Shown: piece after piece, positions 38,944 to 52,156 of the stretch
How positions within the stretch are numbered: position 1 is the stretch's first letter
Layout: each line of letters opens with the position of its first letter
Assembly: GCA_038137215.1 (NCBI GenBank)
Contig: JAYQBG010000004.1
Span: forward strand, 7,650-71,649
Direction: 5' to 3'
Length of the DNA stretch: 64,000 nt
From: Alphaproteobacteria bacterium
GTDB taxonomy: Bacteria > Pseudomonadota > Alphaproteobacteria > UBA6615
Program-made: the position numbers and the translations under genes
The notes under the pieces: model-generated
The model's database searches: none
What the model saw: the letters and a program-made list of their open reading frames with translations, nothing else
Told to the model about the DNA's origin: nothing

Positions 38944-40069
38944 AGTGTTCGCCCAGCGGCGCAAAGCCGTTGAAGCCGATCGAGGCATAGGTCGATGTAT
39001 AGGCGCCGGCGTTGCAGAAAGTGACCATGTGGCCGGCCTCCAGATCGACCGGGACATCGTAGAGCGTGTTCTCGTAAAGGACGTCGTGGCTGTCGCAGGT
39101 CGGCCCCGCGATCACCGCCGGCGCGACAGACGAACTGCCCGGCTCGAAATCGATCGGATACTGAATGGCCTCGCCTTCCGTTTCGGCCAGCCCGCCATAG
39201 CGACCCACATCAAGATAGACCCAACGCTGACGCCCCCCGTAAATGCGTTCGGTTACGAGGACGACTTCGCTTCGCAGCTTGCCGGCCGTGGCGACAAGGG
39301 CCCGCCCGGGTTCGACAAGCACGCGCGGTAGATCATTCCCGAAGGATTCCGACAAGGCGCGGCCGATGGCGCCAAAGACATGCTCGGAATCCGCGCCATC
39401 ATCATTGTGATAGGGAACGGGATATCCGCCGCCAAGATTGATCAGTTCCAGCATCACGCCTTCACGGGCCAGTGCCTCGAAGAGGTCGGCGCACCGGCTG
39501 ATACCCTCGCGCCAGCGCTCCGGTTCGGTCTGCTGACTACCGACATGGAATGAGAGCCCCGCCGGCAGGAGGCCAGCTGCGCGCGCGGCCAGCAACATCG
39601 GCACCGCTTCATCGGGCGCACAGCCGAACTTGCGCGTGAGCGGCCAGCGCGCACCGTCATTGGCGACAACAATCCGGCAAAAGACGCGTGCGCCGGGGGC
39701 CGCAGCCGCGATCTTCTGCAACTCCGCCATGCTGTCAAACGCAAACAGATCAACACCGAGTTCAGCCGCAGCAGAGATATCGGAAACCTTCTTCACGGTG
39801 TTTCCGAAGGAAATGCGTGCGGCTGGCGTACCCGCCGCCAGACAGGTGCGGATTTCCGTGAGGCTCGCGGCATCGAACGACGCCCCCGCTGCATTGAGCG
39901 CCGCAGTGATCGGCAATGCCGGGTTTGCCTTCACGGCATAGAAAACATCGGCCCAGGGCGCGGCCCTGCAAACACTCTCGTAGTTGCGCCTCACCATGTC
40001 GAGATCGACGACCACGCATGGTGTCGCCGGTGTTTCTTCCGCAAGGAACTTGTCGATCTTCTCGGTCAT
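38936..40069 (-). CDS. Ornithine/lysine/arginine decarboxylase (fold type III PLP)
   Basis: FYAVKANP, FDAAS, SFHVGSQ, NLGGG, EPGR, GPTCDSHD, AGAYT. Confidence 0.93.
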   Translation of the reverse strand: MTEKIDKFLAEETPATPCVVVDLDMVRRNYESVCRAAPWADVFYAVKANPALPITAALNAAGASFDAASLTEIRTCLAAGTPAARISFGNTVKKVSDISAAAELGVDLFAFDSMAELQKIAAAAPGARVFCRIVVANDGARWPLTRKFGCAPDEAVPMLLAARAAGLLPAGLSFHVGSQQTEPERWREGISRCADLFEALAREGVMLELINLGGGYPVPYHNDDGADSEHVFGAIGRALSESFGNDLPRVLVEPGRALVATAGKLRSEVVLVTERIYGGRQRWVYLDVGRYGGLAETEGEAIQYPIDFEPGSSSVAPAVIAGPTCDSHDVLYENTLYDVPVDLEAGHMVTFCNAGAYTSTYASIGFNGFAPLGEHFI

Positions 40070-40246
40070 CGCCTGTGTCTCGTGTCATAGGGGTGGCGCG
40101 TTATAGTCGAATTCCGGATCGATGGAAGCGGCTTTTTATGGCGAACGAAGGACGCGGTAATCCGCCGGCGGGCGGGCAGGCTGATTGCCCTGAATCGCAC
40201 CGCCATGGTAACCGGCGGACTGATATTCGGAGTGGGATATAAAATC

Positions 40247-40693
40247 TTGTCGGACCGACAATCCATCTGGGTTTTAAACGGCCCCAATCTCAACCTCCTC
40301 GGGGAGCGCGAACCCGGCATATATGGTGGCGAATCCCTGGCAGATATTGAAACGCGCTGCCGGGAGAGCGCGGAAAAGTCGAACCTGGGCCTGGAGTTTC
40401 GTCAGTCCAACCATGAGGGCGAACTTGTTGCCTGGATTCAGGAAGCCCGCACGGCAGCGGCTGGTCTTGCCATCAACGCCGGCGCCTATACGCACACATC
40501 GGTCGCCGTCCATGATGCTCTGCGGCTGCTCGACATTCCGATTGTGGAAGTTCATCTCTCCAACATCTTTGCGCGGGAAGAATTCCGGCATAAATCCTTT
40601 ATCAGCGCAGCAGCAACCGGCGTGGTCTGCGGCTTTGGTCCCATGGGCTATGTGCTGGCCATCGACGCGCTCGCTGCGCGTTTGGATCTGTAG
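40247..40693 (+). CDS. aroQ: Type II 3-dehydroquinate dehydratase
   Basis: [44 protein letters not shown] start assumed. Confidence 0.96.
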   Translation: MSDRQSIWVLNGPNLNLLGEREPGIYGGESLADIETRCRESAEKSNLGLEFRQSNHEGELVAWIQEARTAAAGLAINAGAYTHTSVAVHDALRLLDIPIVEVHLSNIFAREEFRHKSFISAAATGVVCGFGPMGYVLAIDALAARLDL

Positions 40694-40699
40694 ACCAAC

Positions 40700-41143
40700 A
40701 TGAGCGACCCGTTCGATATCGACGCCGAACTCGTCCGGAAACTCTCGGACCTGCTCTCCGAAACCGGCCTTGGTGAAATCGAGTACGAGGATGGCGGCAA
40801 ACGGATTCGGGTGGCGCGGCCCTCCGCCGGTACGGTTGCAGCACCGGTCGTCATACCGCCTGCGGCGGAAGCCTCGAATGCCACTACCCCCATGGCCGAT
40901 GCAGGCCATCCCGGCGCCATTGCGTCGCCCATGGTCGGAACCGTTTACCTGTCCCAGTCACCGGGCGAACCACCTCTGGTCAAACCGGGTGACACCGTCA
41001 ACGAGGGACAAACCTTGATGCTGATCGAAGCCATGAAGACCTTTAACGAGGTCAAGGCTCCGCGCGGCGGCACCGTGACCGAAATCGCCGTCACCAGCGG
41101 GCAGCCGGTCGAATTCGGCGAGCTACTCGCTATCGTCGAATAA
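40700..41143 (+). CDS. accB: Acetyl-CoA carboxylase biotin carboxyl carrier protein
   Basis: SPMVGTVY, IEAMKTFNE biotinylation motif. Confidence 0.97.
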   Translation: MSDPFDIDAELVRKLSDLLSETGLGEIEYEDGGKRIRVARPSAGTVAAPVVIPPAAEASNATTPMADAGHPGAIASPMVGTVYLSQSPGEPPLVKPGDTVNEGQTLMLIEAMKTFNEVKAPRGGTVTEIAVTSGQPVEFGELLAIVE

Positions 41144-41164
41144 CGGCCCGGGAGCGGGCTGATC

Positions 41165-42505
41165 ATGTTCGAAAAGGTCCTGATCGCGAACCGGGGTGAG
41201 ATCGCCCTGCGAATCCATCGCGCCTGTAAGGAGATGGGCATCTCCACAGTGGCGGTGCATTCCACCGCAGATTCCTATGCGATGCATGTGCGCCTGGCCG
41301 ACGAAAGCGTCTGTATCGGCCCGCCCAGCGCGACGGAGAGCTATCTCAACATTCCGGCCATTCTCTCTGCTGCAACGGTGACCGGAGCAGATGCCATCCA
41401 TCCCGGGTATGGTTTCCTGTCCGAGAACGCCAATTTTGCGCGCATTGTCGAAGAACACGGCATGGCTTTCATCGGCCCCACGGCAGGCTCCATTGCAACC
41501 ATGGGCGATAAGGTCGCGGCCAAGGACGCCATGCGCGCAGCAAAGGTTCCCGTCGTGCCCGGATCCGACGGAGCAGTCGAAAACTCGGACGACGCCATTC
41601 GAATTGCGAACGAAATTGGTTATCCCGTCATCGTCAAGGCCGCATCGGGCGGCGGCGGTCGCGGCATGAAGGTGGTCGAGGAAGCCGCGGGAATCGAAAC
41701 GGCCTTCAACATGGCGCGAACCGAGGCCAAGGCCAATTTTGGCGACGATACGGTCTATATCGAAAAGTACCTCGCAAAGCCGCGTCATGTGGAAGTACAG
41801 GTCATCGGGGACGGCCAGGGCAACGCAGTGCATCTTTACGAACGCGACTGCTCGCTGCAACGTAAGCATCAGAAGGTTCTCGAAGAAGCGCCCTGCCCCG
41901 TACTCGATGATGCCACGCGCGAGCGCATCGGCAGGATTTGTGCCGAAGCTACGGCGCGCATGAACTATCGCAGCGCGGGTACCTTCGAATTTCTCTATGA
42001 GAACGGCGAGTTCTTTTTTATCGAGATGAACACCCGTGTGCAGGTCGAGCATCCCATTACCGAGATGATCTGCGACTTCGACATTGTCGCCGAAATGATC
42101 CGCATCGCAGCGGGTGAAAAGCTTTCCCTGCAGCAGTCGGATGTAACGATCGAGGGTCATGCAATCGAATGCCGCATCAATGCCGAAGACCCGGTCACCT
42201 TCGCCCCCTCACCGGGGCTGGTGGCCGAGTATCATGCGCCGGGCGGGCTCGGTGTTCGGGTCGATTCCGCACTCTATGCCGGCTACACCATTCCACCGTA
42301 TTACGACAGCTTGGTCGCAAAGCTGATCGTCCACGGCCGGGACCGGCCGGAAGCGCTCATGCGTCTGCGGCGCACGCTCGACGAAATGGCCATCAGCGGC
42401 ATCTCGACCACGGTCCCGCTACATCAACGCCTGGTCGATGACCCCTCCTTTGCGCGTGCGGACTATGATATTCATTGGCTCGAAAGTTTCGTCGAAACGT
42501 CCTAG
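41165..42505 (+). CDS. accC: Acetyl-CoA carboxylase biotin carboxylase
   Basis: [46 protein letters not shown]. Confidence 0.98.
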   Translation: MFEKVLIANRGEIALRIHRACKEMGISTVAVHSTADSYAMHVRLADESVCIGPPSATESYLNIPAILSAATVTGADAIHPGYGFLSENANFARIVEEHGMAFIGPTAGSIATMGDKVAAKDAMRAAKVPVVPGSDGAVENSDDAIRIANEIGYPVIVKAASGGGGRGMKVVEEAAGIETAFNMARTEAKANFGDDTVYIEKYLAKPRHVEVQVIGDGQGNAVHLYERDCSLQRKHQKVLEEAPCPVLDDATRERIGRICAEATARMNYRSAGTFEFLYENGEFFFIEMNTRVQVEHPITEMICDFDIVAEMIRIAAGEKLSLQQSDVTIEGHAIECRINAEDPVTFAPSPGLVAEYHAPGGLGVRVDSALYAGYTIPPYYDSLVAKLIVHGRDRPEALMRLRRTLDEMAISGISTTVPLHQRLVDDPSFARADYDIHWLESFVETS

Positions 42506-42515
42506 CTGATTTTCC

Positions 42516-43166
42516 ATGGCGGGTTTGACCCCACAATTGCTTCTCGGAGCCTATGCCAGCGGCATCTTCCCGATGGCGGAAAGCCGTAACGATCCGGACC
42601 TGTACTGGATCGATCCGGACAAGCGCGGGATCATTCCGCTCGGCGAGTTTCATATCCCGCGGCGCCTGCGGAAAACGCTGCGGTCAGCCCCCTACGAAAT
42701 CCGCTGCGATGCTGACTTTATCGGCACAATACGCGGCTGCGCCGAACCCCAGGGGCAACGCCCCGAGACCTGGATCAACGACGAGATCGAACGCCTCTAC
42801 GAAGCTCTGTTCGATATGGGGTTTGCCCATTCTGTCGAGTGCTGGCTCGACGACGCACTGGTCGGCGGGCTCTATGGTGTTTCCCTCGGCGGTGCCTTCT
42901 TTGGCGAAAGCATGTTCACCCGTGAACGGGATGCCAGCAAGATCGCGCTCTGTCATCTTGCCGCACGCCTGCGCAAGAGCGGATTCGTCCTGCTCGACAG
43001 CCAGTTTATCACTGACCACCTGCGTCAGTTCGGAACGGTCGAAATCGACCGGGCAGACTACAAGAAACGCCTGGCCGGAGCTCTCAAGGTGAACGCCGAG
43101 TTTCAGCCGGAACTCTCAACATCGGAACTTGACGCCTTTATACAATCGACGACCCAGACATCGTAA
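42516..43166 (+). CDS. aat: Leucyl/phenylalanyl-tRNA-protein transferase
   Basis: AYASGIFPMA, TWIN, AHSVECW, GGLYGV, FFGESMF, ASKIAL. Confidence 0.96.
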   Translation: MAGLTPQLLLGAYASGIFPMAESRNDPDLYWIDPDKRGIIPLGEFHIPRRLRKTLRSAPYEIRCDADFIGTIRGCAEPQGQRPETWINDEIERLYEALFDMGFAHSVECWLDDALVGGLYGVSLGGAFFGESMFTRERDASKIALCHLAARLRKSGFVLLDSQFITDHLRQFGTVEIDRADYKKRLAGALKVNAEFQPELSTSELDAFIQSTTQTS

Positions 43167-43537
43167 ACAGGGTGTTCGAGCGCCGAGACGGCGGGGCTCG
43201 ATGCGAACATCCAGCCGGTGAACACCTGCCGGTCCGGGCCGTTCTCAAAGCTTTCCTCGATCTCCAGAAACGCAGTGCTTTCCGGAGCTTCGGTCGGCGG
43301 GGTCTTGTGACAGGCACGTACCTGAATGGTCAGAGAGCCAAAGGCCACCAGCCGGTCGAACGGGACCTCGAACGTCGAAATACGTGCGGTGACCTTGTCC
43401 AGGCCCTGCAGCACCGCACCGGTCGTTATCGGGGCGGCAGTCCCCTCTGGCGTGCCCGACGATTGCACCAAAGCGGCACTGCCCGTGACCGCAATCGCCG
43501 AAATCGTGGCGGCGTATAGAAAAGCCCGACGCTTCAT
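43103..43537 (-). CDS. DUF2155 domain protein
   Basis: LQGLDKVTAR, FGSLTI, FTGWMFASSPAVSALEHPVYDVWV. Confidence 0.9.
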   Translation of the reverse strand: MKRRAFLYAATISAIAVTGSAALVQSSGTPEGTAAPITTGAVLQGLDKVTARISTFEVPFDRLVAFGSLTIQVRACHKTPPTEAPESTAFLEIEESFENGPDRQVFTGWMFASSPAVSALEHPVYDVWVVDCIKASSSDVESSG

Positions 43538-43588
43538 GAAGACATATCCCGCAAACCTGGTACCACCTGATAACGCGGCAAACCGCGC

Positions 43589-44041
43589 TCAGTTCGCATC
43601 GGTGGCGAGAAACAGGATTTCCGACACGGTATCTTCGAGTGCCTGGAAGTCGCGTGTGATCGCAATATCCTCACCCGGCGACAACATCTCCGCCTGCTGG
43701 CCCGGGAAAAGCCGCAGATACTTGCCACCGAGCAAGCCCTCCGCCGTCACCCCGGCTTCGGTATCGGCCGGCAGCTTGATGTCGCTGCGCACCGAGAAGG
43801 TTACCACCGCCTCAAAACTCTCGGTATCGAGGGTGCGCTCGATCACCGAACCCACCTTCACACCCGAGATACGCACATCGCTTCCGCGTTCAAGCCCGCC
43901 AACCTTCAGGAAGCGTGCGTTGAGCAGATAGACCTCACTGTCCGATTGCACACCGATCGAACGCGCAGAAAACGCAACGAACCCGATGGCCACCAGTAGG
44001 ACCACGGCCCCAAGTACGGTTTCGACGGCGCCACGTTTCAT
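43589..44041 (-). CDS. mlaD: MlaD/MCE family protein
   Basis: ETVLGAVVL, GGLERGSDVRISGVKVGSV, EGLLGGKYL. Confidence 0.9.
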   Translation of the reverse strand: MKRGAVETVLGAVVLLVAIGFVAFSARSIGVQSDSEVYLLNARFLKVGGLERGSDVRISGVKVGSVIERTLDTESFEAVVTFSVRSDIKLPADTEAGVTAEGLLGGKYLRLFPGQQAEMLSPGEDIAITRDFQALEDTVSEILFLATDAN

Positions 44042-44523
44042 TGCTCGCTCCCGTCCCGTTTGGCGTCCCGATTGGCACGGGCCTGGGCGATAAGCAGAGC
44101 AAACAGGTCATCCAGGATCACCGCATCTTCGGTGAATGAAATAGAGCCGCCGTCCTGAATCATGTTTTCTCCGCCGCCGATATCGATGTTGATGAGTTTC
44201 CCGCCGAAGATGCCGTCCGTGACAATCGCCGCGGAAGCATCCGTGTCCAGTTCGACACTGGAATCAATTTCCATGCTGGTGCGCACGCGGAATCCATCGT
44301 TGAGTTCCAGCGCGGAGACACGCCCGACCGTCACGCCGGCAGCCTGAACCGGACTTCCCACCTCCAGGCCATCGACCCGTTGAAACGACGCATCGACCTG
44401 ATAGGTCGCCGAAGCGCCCAACGGTGACGGCCCGAACACGAAAAACAGAACGACAATCAGGGATGCGGTGACACAAAGGCCCACGATCACATCGCGAAAC
44501 TCATATCGGGCACTCTGGTTCAT
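44038..44523 (-). CDS. MlaD/MCE family protein (paralog)
   Basis: VDGLEVGSPVQAAGVTVGRV, TDGIFGGKLINI. Confidence 0.88.
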   Translation of the reverse strand: MNQSARYEFRDVIVGLCVTASLIVVLFFVFGPSPLGASATYQVDASFQRVDGLEVGSPVQAAGVTVGRVSALELNDGFRVRTSMEIDSSVELDTDASAAIVTDGIFGGKLINIDIGGGENMIQDGGSISFTEDAVILDDLFALLIAQARANRDAKRDGSEQ

Positions 44524-44573
44524 AACGTCTGGCTCATGATGAGCCGCGCGTCACAGCGCTCAACAGCCACGGA

Positions 44574-44927
44574 TTATTGCGGTGTCCAGGGTTCGTAATC
44601 GCCGGTGCCGCGTTTGCGTTCACCGTCACGAAGCACGCTCCCCGGGGGGTGATAAGCCGCACGGGTCCCTGTCAGGTTAGGAACATGCTCTTTCTGCCAG
44701 TCATGGCGCTGGCTCTCATCCAGCGGCTGTTCACTGAGGTGATGAAGCCAGGCATGCCATTCCGGCGGCACCTTGCTGGCCTCCGGACGCCCCTTGTAGA
44801 CGACCCAGCGCCGCTCACGGTCATAGCGATTGCGCGACCGGCCGCGATAATACTTGTTGCTGTACTGGTCGGTGCCCACCAGTTCGCCCGAAATCATCGT
44901 TCGGAGCAAGGTTCCGAGAGTTGCCAT
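44574..44927 (-). CDS. NADH:ubiquinone oxidoreductase NDUFA12-family protein
   Basis: VGTDQYSNKYY, RRWVVY, EASKVPPEWHAWLHH, PNLTGT, YEPWTP; start at ATG 44927. Confidence 0.92.
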   Translation of the reverse strand: MATLGTLLRTMISGELVGTDQYSNKYYRGRSRNRYDRERRWVVYKGRPEASKVPPEWHAWLHHLSEQPLDESQRHDWQKEHVPNLTGTRAAYHPPGSVLRDGERKRGTGDYEPWTPQ

Positions 44928-45072
44928 GGTGCCTGCAAGTTCCTGTTCAAACTGCCACTTTGGCCGGACTATCGCACCGCATGGCGCGTCTGGTCCAGCG
45001 TCATCGTGGATTTCCCACTTTCGCACATATTTTTCGCAATCCAACTCCATATAGACGAATATTCACCACGAA

Positions 45073-45138
45073 ACCCAAAATCTGGTTGCGGCGCGATTAT
45101 CTTGTGGTTTAGCCTCAGATGTCGCCGATATTTAGTGT
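45073..45138 (+). promoter_or_regulatory. NrdR boxes upstream of nrdJ
   Basis: ACCCAAAATCTGGTTG (45073), CGCGATTATCTTGTGG (45092, weak 5' half) and CGCCGATATTTAGTGT (45123) resemble acaCwAtATaTwGtgt; the last two are 31 bp apart. Confidence 0.6.
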
Positions 45139-45272
45139 TTTCCGGGTCAAATTCATGACCCGGTCACAGACTCGGTGGGGGCTGTCCCGCGAAAAACGGC
45201 GAGTGCGTACTCAGCCACCCTGGCTCATTTTTTGATATGGCGCACGAGAACGCGCCGGTTTTGGGGGAAGAC

Positions 45273-48989
<3,717 letters not shown>

Positions 48990-48992
48990 GGA

Positions 48993-49113
48993 ATTCGGGC
49001 GGGGCCGGACCCCGAGCGCCCGAATGTCGGCCCCTGCCAGTCCGATTGGCACCGGGTCAACTCTCCTCCCTGACCTCCGGGGTGTGCAAAGGTAGGCGCA
49101 CCCCGGTTTTTTT
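48993..49113 (+). ncRNA. Candidate structured 3'-UTR/sRNA with an anti-SD loop
   Basis: Three consecutive hairpins, the third GGTCA-ACTCTCCTCCC-TGACC, followed by a terminator. Confidence 0.35.
49077..49113 (+). terminator. Intrinsic terminator downstream of nrdJ
   Basis: CCGGGGTGTGC-AAAGGTAG-GCGCACCCCGG-TTTTTTT. Confidence 0.85.
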
Positions 49114-49187
49114 GCTCCGGTTCAGTCTTACGCCGGACACACCGGACCGGTATCCTGACACTTCATCGCTCTACTGGAGACTTTCCC

Positions 49188-49655
49188 ATGGCCGGAACCA
49201 TCGACGCACGCCTCAACGAACTGGGCATCGAATTGCCGCCTGCCAGCAAGCCCGGCGGAAACTACGTGCCCTTCGTCCAGACCGGAAACCTCCTCTTCAT
49301 CTCGGGGCAGGTGCCTATCGTGGACGGCAAACCCGCCTTCATCGGGCATCTCGGTGCGAATATCAGCATTGAGGACGGAGCGGCGGCGGCGCGGGTTTGC
49401 GCGCTGGCCATTCTGGCCCAGGCCAAGGTCGCGCTCGACGGCGATCTCGACCGTATCTCGCGTGTGGTGAAACTGACGGGCTTCGTGGCCTGCACCCCCG
49501 ATTTCAAGGATCCGCCGAAAGTCGTGAACGGCGCCTCAGACCTGTTTGGTGAAGTCTTCGGCGACGCCGGACAACATGCGCGCGCCGCTGTGGGCATGGC
49601 CTCGCTTCCCAGCGGCGTCGCCGTGGAAGTCGAAGCGGTCCTCGAAGTCGCCTGA
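49188..49655 (+). CDS. RidA/YjgF family protein
   Basis: GGNYVPF, FISGQVP, VNGASDL, GQHARAAVG, SLPSGVAVEVE; GGAGA RBS. Confidence 0.93.
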   Translation: MAGTIDARLNELGIELPPASKPGGNYVPFVQTGNLLFISGQVPIVDGKPAFIGHLGANISIEDGAAAARVCALAILAQAKVALDGDLDRISRVVKLTGFVACTPDFKDPPKVVNGASDLFGEVFGDAGQHARAAVGMASLPSGVAVEVEAVLEVA

Positions 49656-49670
49656 TCGCGCTATCTCGAC

Positions 49671-50600
49671 TTGGCCGGACTGCACCACCACTCCCACGGT
49701 CCTGTCCCGCCCGATACACCGGGCGGTGACCGCAAACTGGTCTGGGCCATTGCCGTCAATGTTCTGCTGACCGTCGCGCAGATCATCGGCGGTGTTTTTT
49801 CCGGCAGCCTGGCCCTGATTGCCGATGCCATCCACAATCTGTCGGATGCGGCAGCCCTGGGCATTGCCCTGATCGCACGGAAAATCGCGCGCCGTCCGGC
49901 GGATGCCAATCACACCTATGGGCACGGCCGCGCCGAGATGATCGGTGCGTTCTTCAATCTGACCTGGCTGATATTCATCGGCCTGTTCCTGATTGTCGAA
50001 GCCGTGGATCGCCTCTTCGACCCGCAGCCCGTCGAAGGCTGGACAGTGGTGATGATTGCGGGCATCGCGCTGGCAGTTGATGTGGTGACAGCCCTGCTGA
50101 CCTTCGCAATGGCACGCCACTCCCTGAACATACGCGCCGCCTTCATTCACAACATCTCTGATGCCCTGGCATCCGTGGGTGTGATCGTGGGCGGCACGCT
50201 GATCATCCTCTACGGCTGGCTGTTCGTGGATGCCGTCGTCACGCTGGCAATTGCCGGATACATCCTGGTCCAGGCCGCGCTGGAAATTCCGAAAGCGGTC
50301 AACATCCTGATGCAGGGTGTCCCGGCGGAAATCGTTGTCGAAGACGTGACCGCGCGAATGCAAGAAACCGGGGGGGTGCGGGACGTTCATCATGTCCATA
50401 TCTGGAATATTGACGAACACCGCCGTTCGCTCGAAGCCCATGTGGTCATCCCGCGCGAGGAGATGATCCGTATGGAAAGCATCAAGAACGCGCTCAAGAC
50501 CATCCTCTCCGACGAGTTCGATATCGCCCATTCGACCCTAGAGTTTGAATTCCCGGGCCGCGACGACGCGCCGCTTGGTGCCCCCGCCCCGACCGATTAG
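49671..50600 (+). CDS. Cation diffusion facilitator (CzcD/ZitB-like)
   Basis: His-rich N-terminus, SLALIADAIHNLSD, TYGHGRAE, NIRAAFIHNISD, HHVHIW. Confidence 0.93.
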   Translation: MAGLHHHSHGPVPPDTPGGDRKLVWAIAVNVLLTVAQIIGGVFSGSLALIADAIHNLSDAAALGIALIARKIARRPADANHTYGHGRAEMIGAFFNLTWLIFIGLFLIVEAVDRLFDPQPVEGWTVVMIAGIALAVDVVTALLTFAMARHSLNIRAAFIHNISDALASVGVIVGGTLIILYGWLFVDAVVTLAIAGYILVQAALEIPKAVNILMQGVPAEIVVEDVTARMQETGGVRDVHHVHIWNIDEHRRSLEAHVVIPREEMIRMESIKNALKTILSDEFDIAHSTLEFEFPGRDDAPLGAPAPTD

Positions 50601-50609
50601 ACTGCCCCC

Positions 50610-51770
50610 ATGCCCGACGGCGACACAGCACTTTCCGCGCGATTAGTCGAAAACATCGCGAACATTCCCGCCGACATCTGGGGGAAGCTCGCGGGTGAAG
50701 ACAACCCGTTCGTGAGTCATCAATTCCTGCACTCGCTTGAGGAAACCGGCTGCGCCACCAACGAGGCCGGCTGGCTGCCCCAGCACATCGTGGTCGAGGA
50801 GACCAACGGCGAGATAGTCGCGGCGGCCCCCATGTATCTCAAAAGCCATTCCCAGGGCGAATACGTCTTCGACCATGGCTGGGCCCATGCCTGGGAGCGC
50901 GCGGGCGGGCGCTATTATCCCAAAATGCAGGTAGCTGCCCCCTTCTCGCCGGTCTCCGGTCCACGCCTGCTGACGGGCAGCGGGCCTGACGCCGATGATG
51001 CCAAGCTGACATTGCTGCGCGCGCTGGAAACCGTCTGTCAGAAGCTGGACGTGTCTTCGGTCCACGTGACCTTTTGTACCGAGCGCGAGCACAAGATCAT
51101 GGGGATCGCGGACTGGATCCAGCGGGTCGGCCGCCAGTTCCACTGGCACAATCGCGGTTACGAGACATTTGACGATTTCCTCGGTGCCCTGACCAGCCGC
51201 AAGCGGAAGATGATCCGCAAGGAACGCCGCCAGGTCGCCGATCAGGGCATCCGCGTGCGGCCGTTGTCCGGCGACGAGATCAAGCCCGAGCACTGGGACG
51301 CCTTCTATCAGTTCTACGTGGATACCTATGACCGCAAATGGGGCTATCCCTATCTGACGCGGGAATTCTTCGAGGCGGCCCAGGCACGCCTCGGCCACAA
51401 GATTGTGCTGGTCATCGCCGATATGGATGGGCTTCCGGTCGCCGGCGCGCTGAACCTCAAGGGGTCCGACGCGCTCTATGGCCGCAACTGGGGCTGCCTG
51501 GGGGACTTCAGGTTCCTGCACTTTGAGGCCTGCTACTATCAGGCCATCGAATACGCCATCGACACCGGGCTCTCAAAGGTCGAAGCGGGCACGCAAGGCC
51601 CCCACAAGATCCAGCGCGGCTACGAGCCGATTGTGACCTATTCCGGCCACTACATTCCCAATGAAAGCTTCCGCGATGCGGTCGCGCGCTTCTGCCGTGA
51701 GGAAGAACGCGAGGTGGATTGGGAAATGGAATCCTACGCCGAACACCTGCCATATCGGCAGGAGGACTAG
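50610..51770 (+). CDS. FemAB-like GNAT family protein (DUF482 type)
   Basis: NPFVSHQFL, KSHSQGEYVFDHGWA, YYPK, LYGRNWG, HFEACYYQAI, EAGTQGPHK. Confidence 0.92.
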   Translation: MPDGDTALSARLVENIANIPADIWGKLAGEDNPFVSHQFLHSLEETGCATNEAGWLPQHIVVEETNGEIVAAAPMYLKSHSQGEYVFDHGWAHAWERAGGRYYPKMQVAAPFSPVSGPRLLTGSGPDADDAKLTLLRALETVCQKLDVSSVHVTFCTEREHKIMGIADWIQRVGRQFHWHNRGYETFDDFLGALTSRKRKMIRKERRQVADQGIRVRPLSGDEIKPEHWDAFYQFYVDTYDRKWGYPYLTREFFEAAQARLGHKIVLVIADMDGLPVAGALNLKGSDALYGRNWGCLGDFRFLHFEACYYQAIEYAIDTGLSKVEAGTQGPHKIQRGYEPIVTYSGHYIPNESFRDAVARFCREEEREVDWEMESYAEHLPYRQED

Positions 51771-51822
51771 GCGATAACAGGGGCAGCGGGATAGATTCCC
51801 ACACCCGAGCCGATGCTAAGGC

Positions 51823-52116
51823 CTATCTGGACCCCACCGCCTGCTGGAATTCCGAATAGAAACTCCATGCTGCTATTAGCAGAAGCGATACTCCAACACA
51901 GACCACCAACAAAACGATTGATGACCTCACACGCCTCGACGCCGGACTTCCGCTAAACCATACCCTCCAATACATCACCACCGGTGCTGTAAGGAATCCT
52001 GGTCTCGGAGTGGACACTTCCACATCACGTTGAAGACTAGAGAAATTTGCAATCAGTTTGGAAAATACGAGTACAAAGACGATTAGCAATACTAGAAAGA
52101 TAATCCCCGAACTCAT
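51823..52116 (-). CDS. Hypothetical small membrane protein, low GC
   Basis: 97 aa with two hydrophobic segments; about 46% GC by hand count of 51841-52140; GGAAGG upstream; follows clpA. Confidence 0.5.
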   Translation of the reverse strand: MSSGIIFLVLLIVFVLVFSKLIANFSSLQRDVEVSTPRPGFLTAPVVMYWRVWFSGSPASRRVRSSIVLLVVCVGVSLLLIAAWSFYSEFQQAVGSR

Positions 52117-52156
52117 ACCAAACTAACCTTCCATCAGCCCATCTCCGTGGCGCAAT

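Noticed and set aside
39762-40088. Out-of-frame uORF (MTRDTGDD...) starting 19 nt before the ornithine decarboxylase ATG, as a possible leader peptide or frameshift control
   Set aside because: No SpeFL-like sequence, no slippery site, and no clear RBS; consistent with a chance ATG.
43103-43166. 64-bp convergent overlap of aat and DUF2155
   Set aside because: Both C-termini look complete; tail-to-tail overlap of this pair is common.
43589-44523. Tandem mlaD paralogs as a novelty
   Set aside because: NDUFA12-mlaD(-mlaD)-DUF2155 next to aat is, as far as I recall, ordinary conserved alphaproteobacterial synteny.
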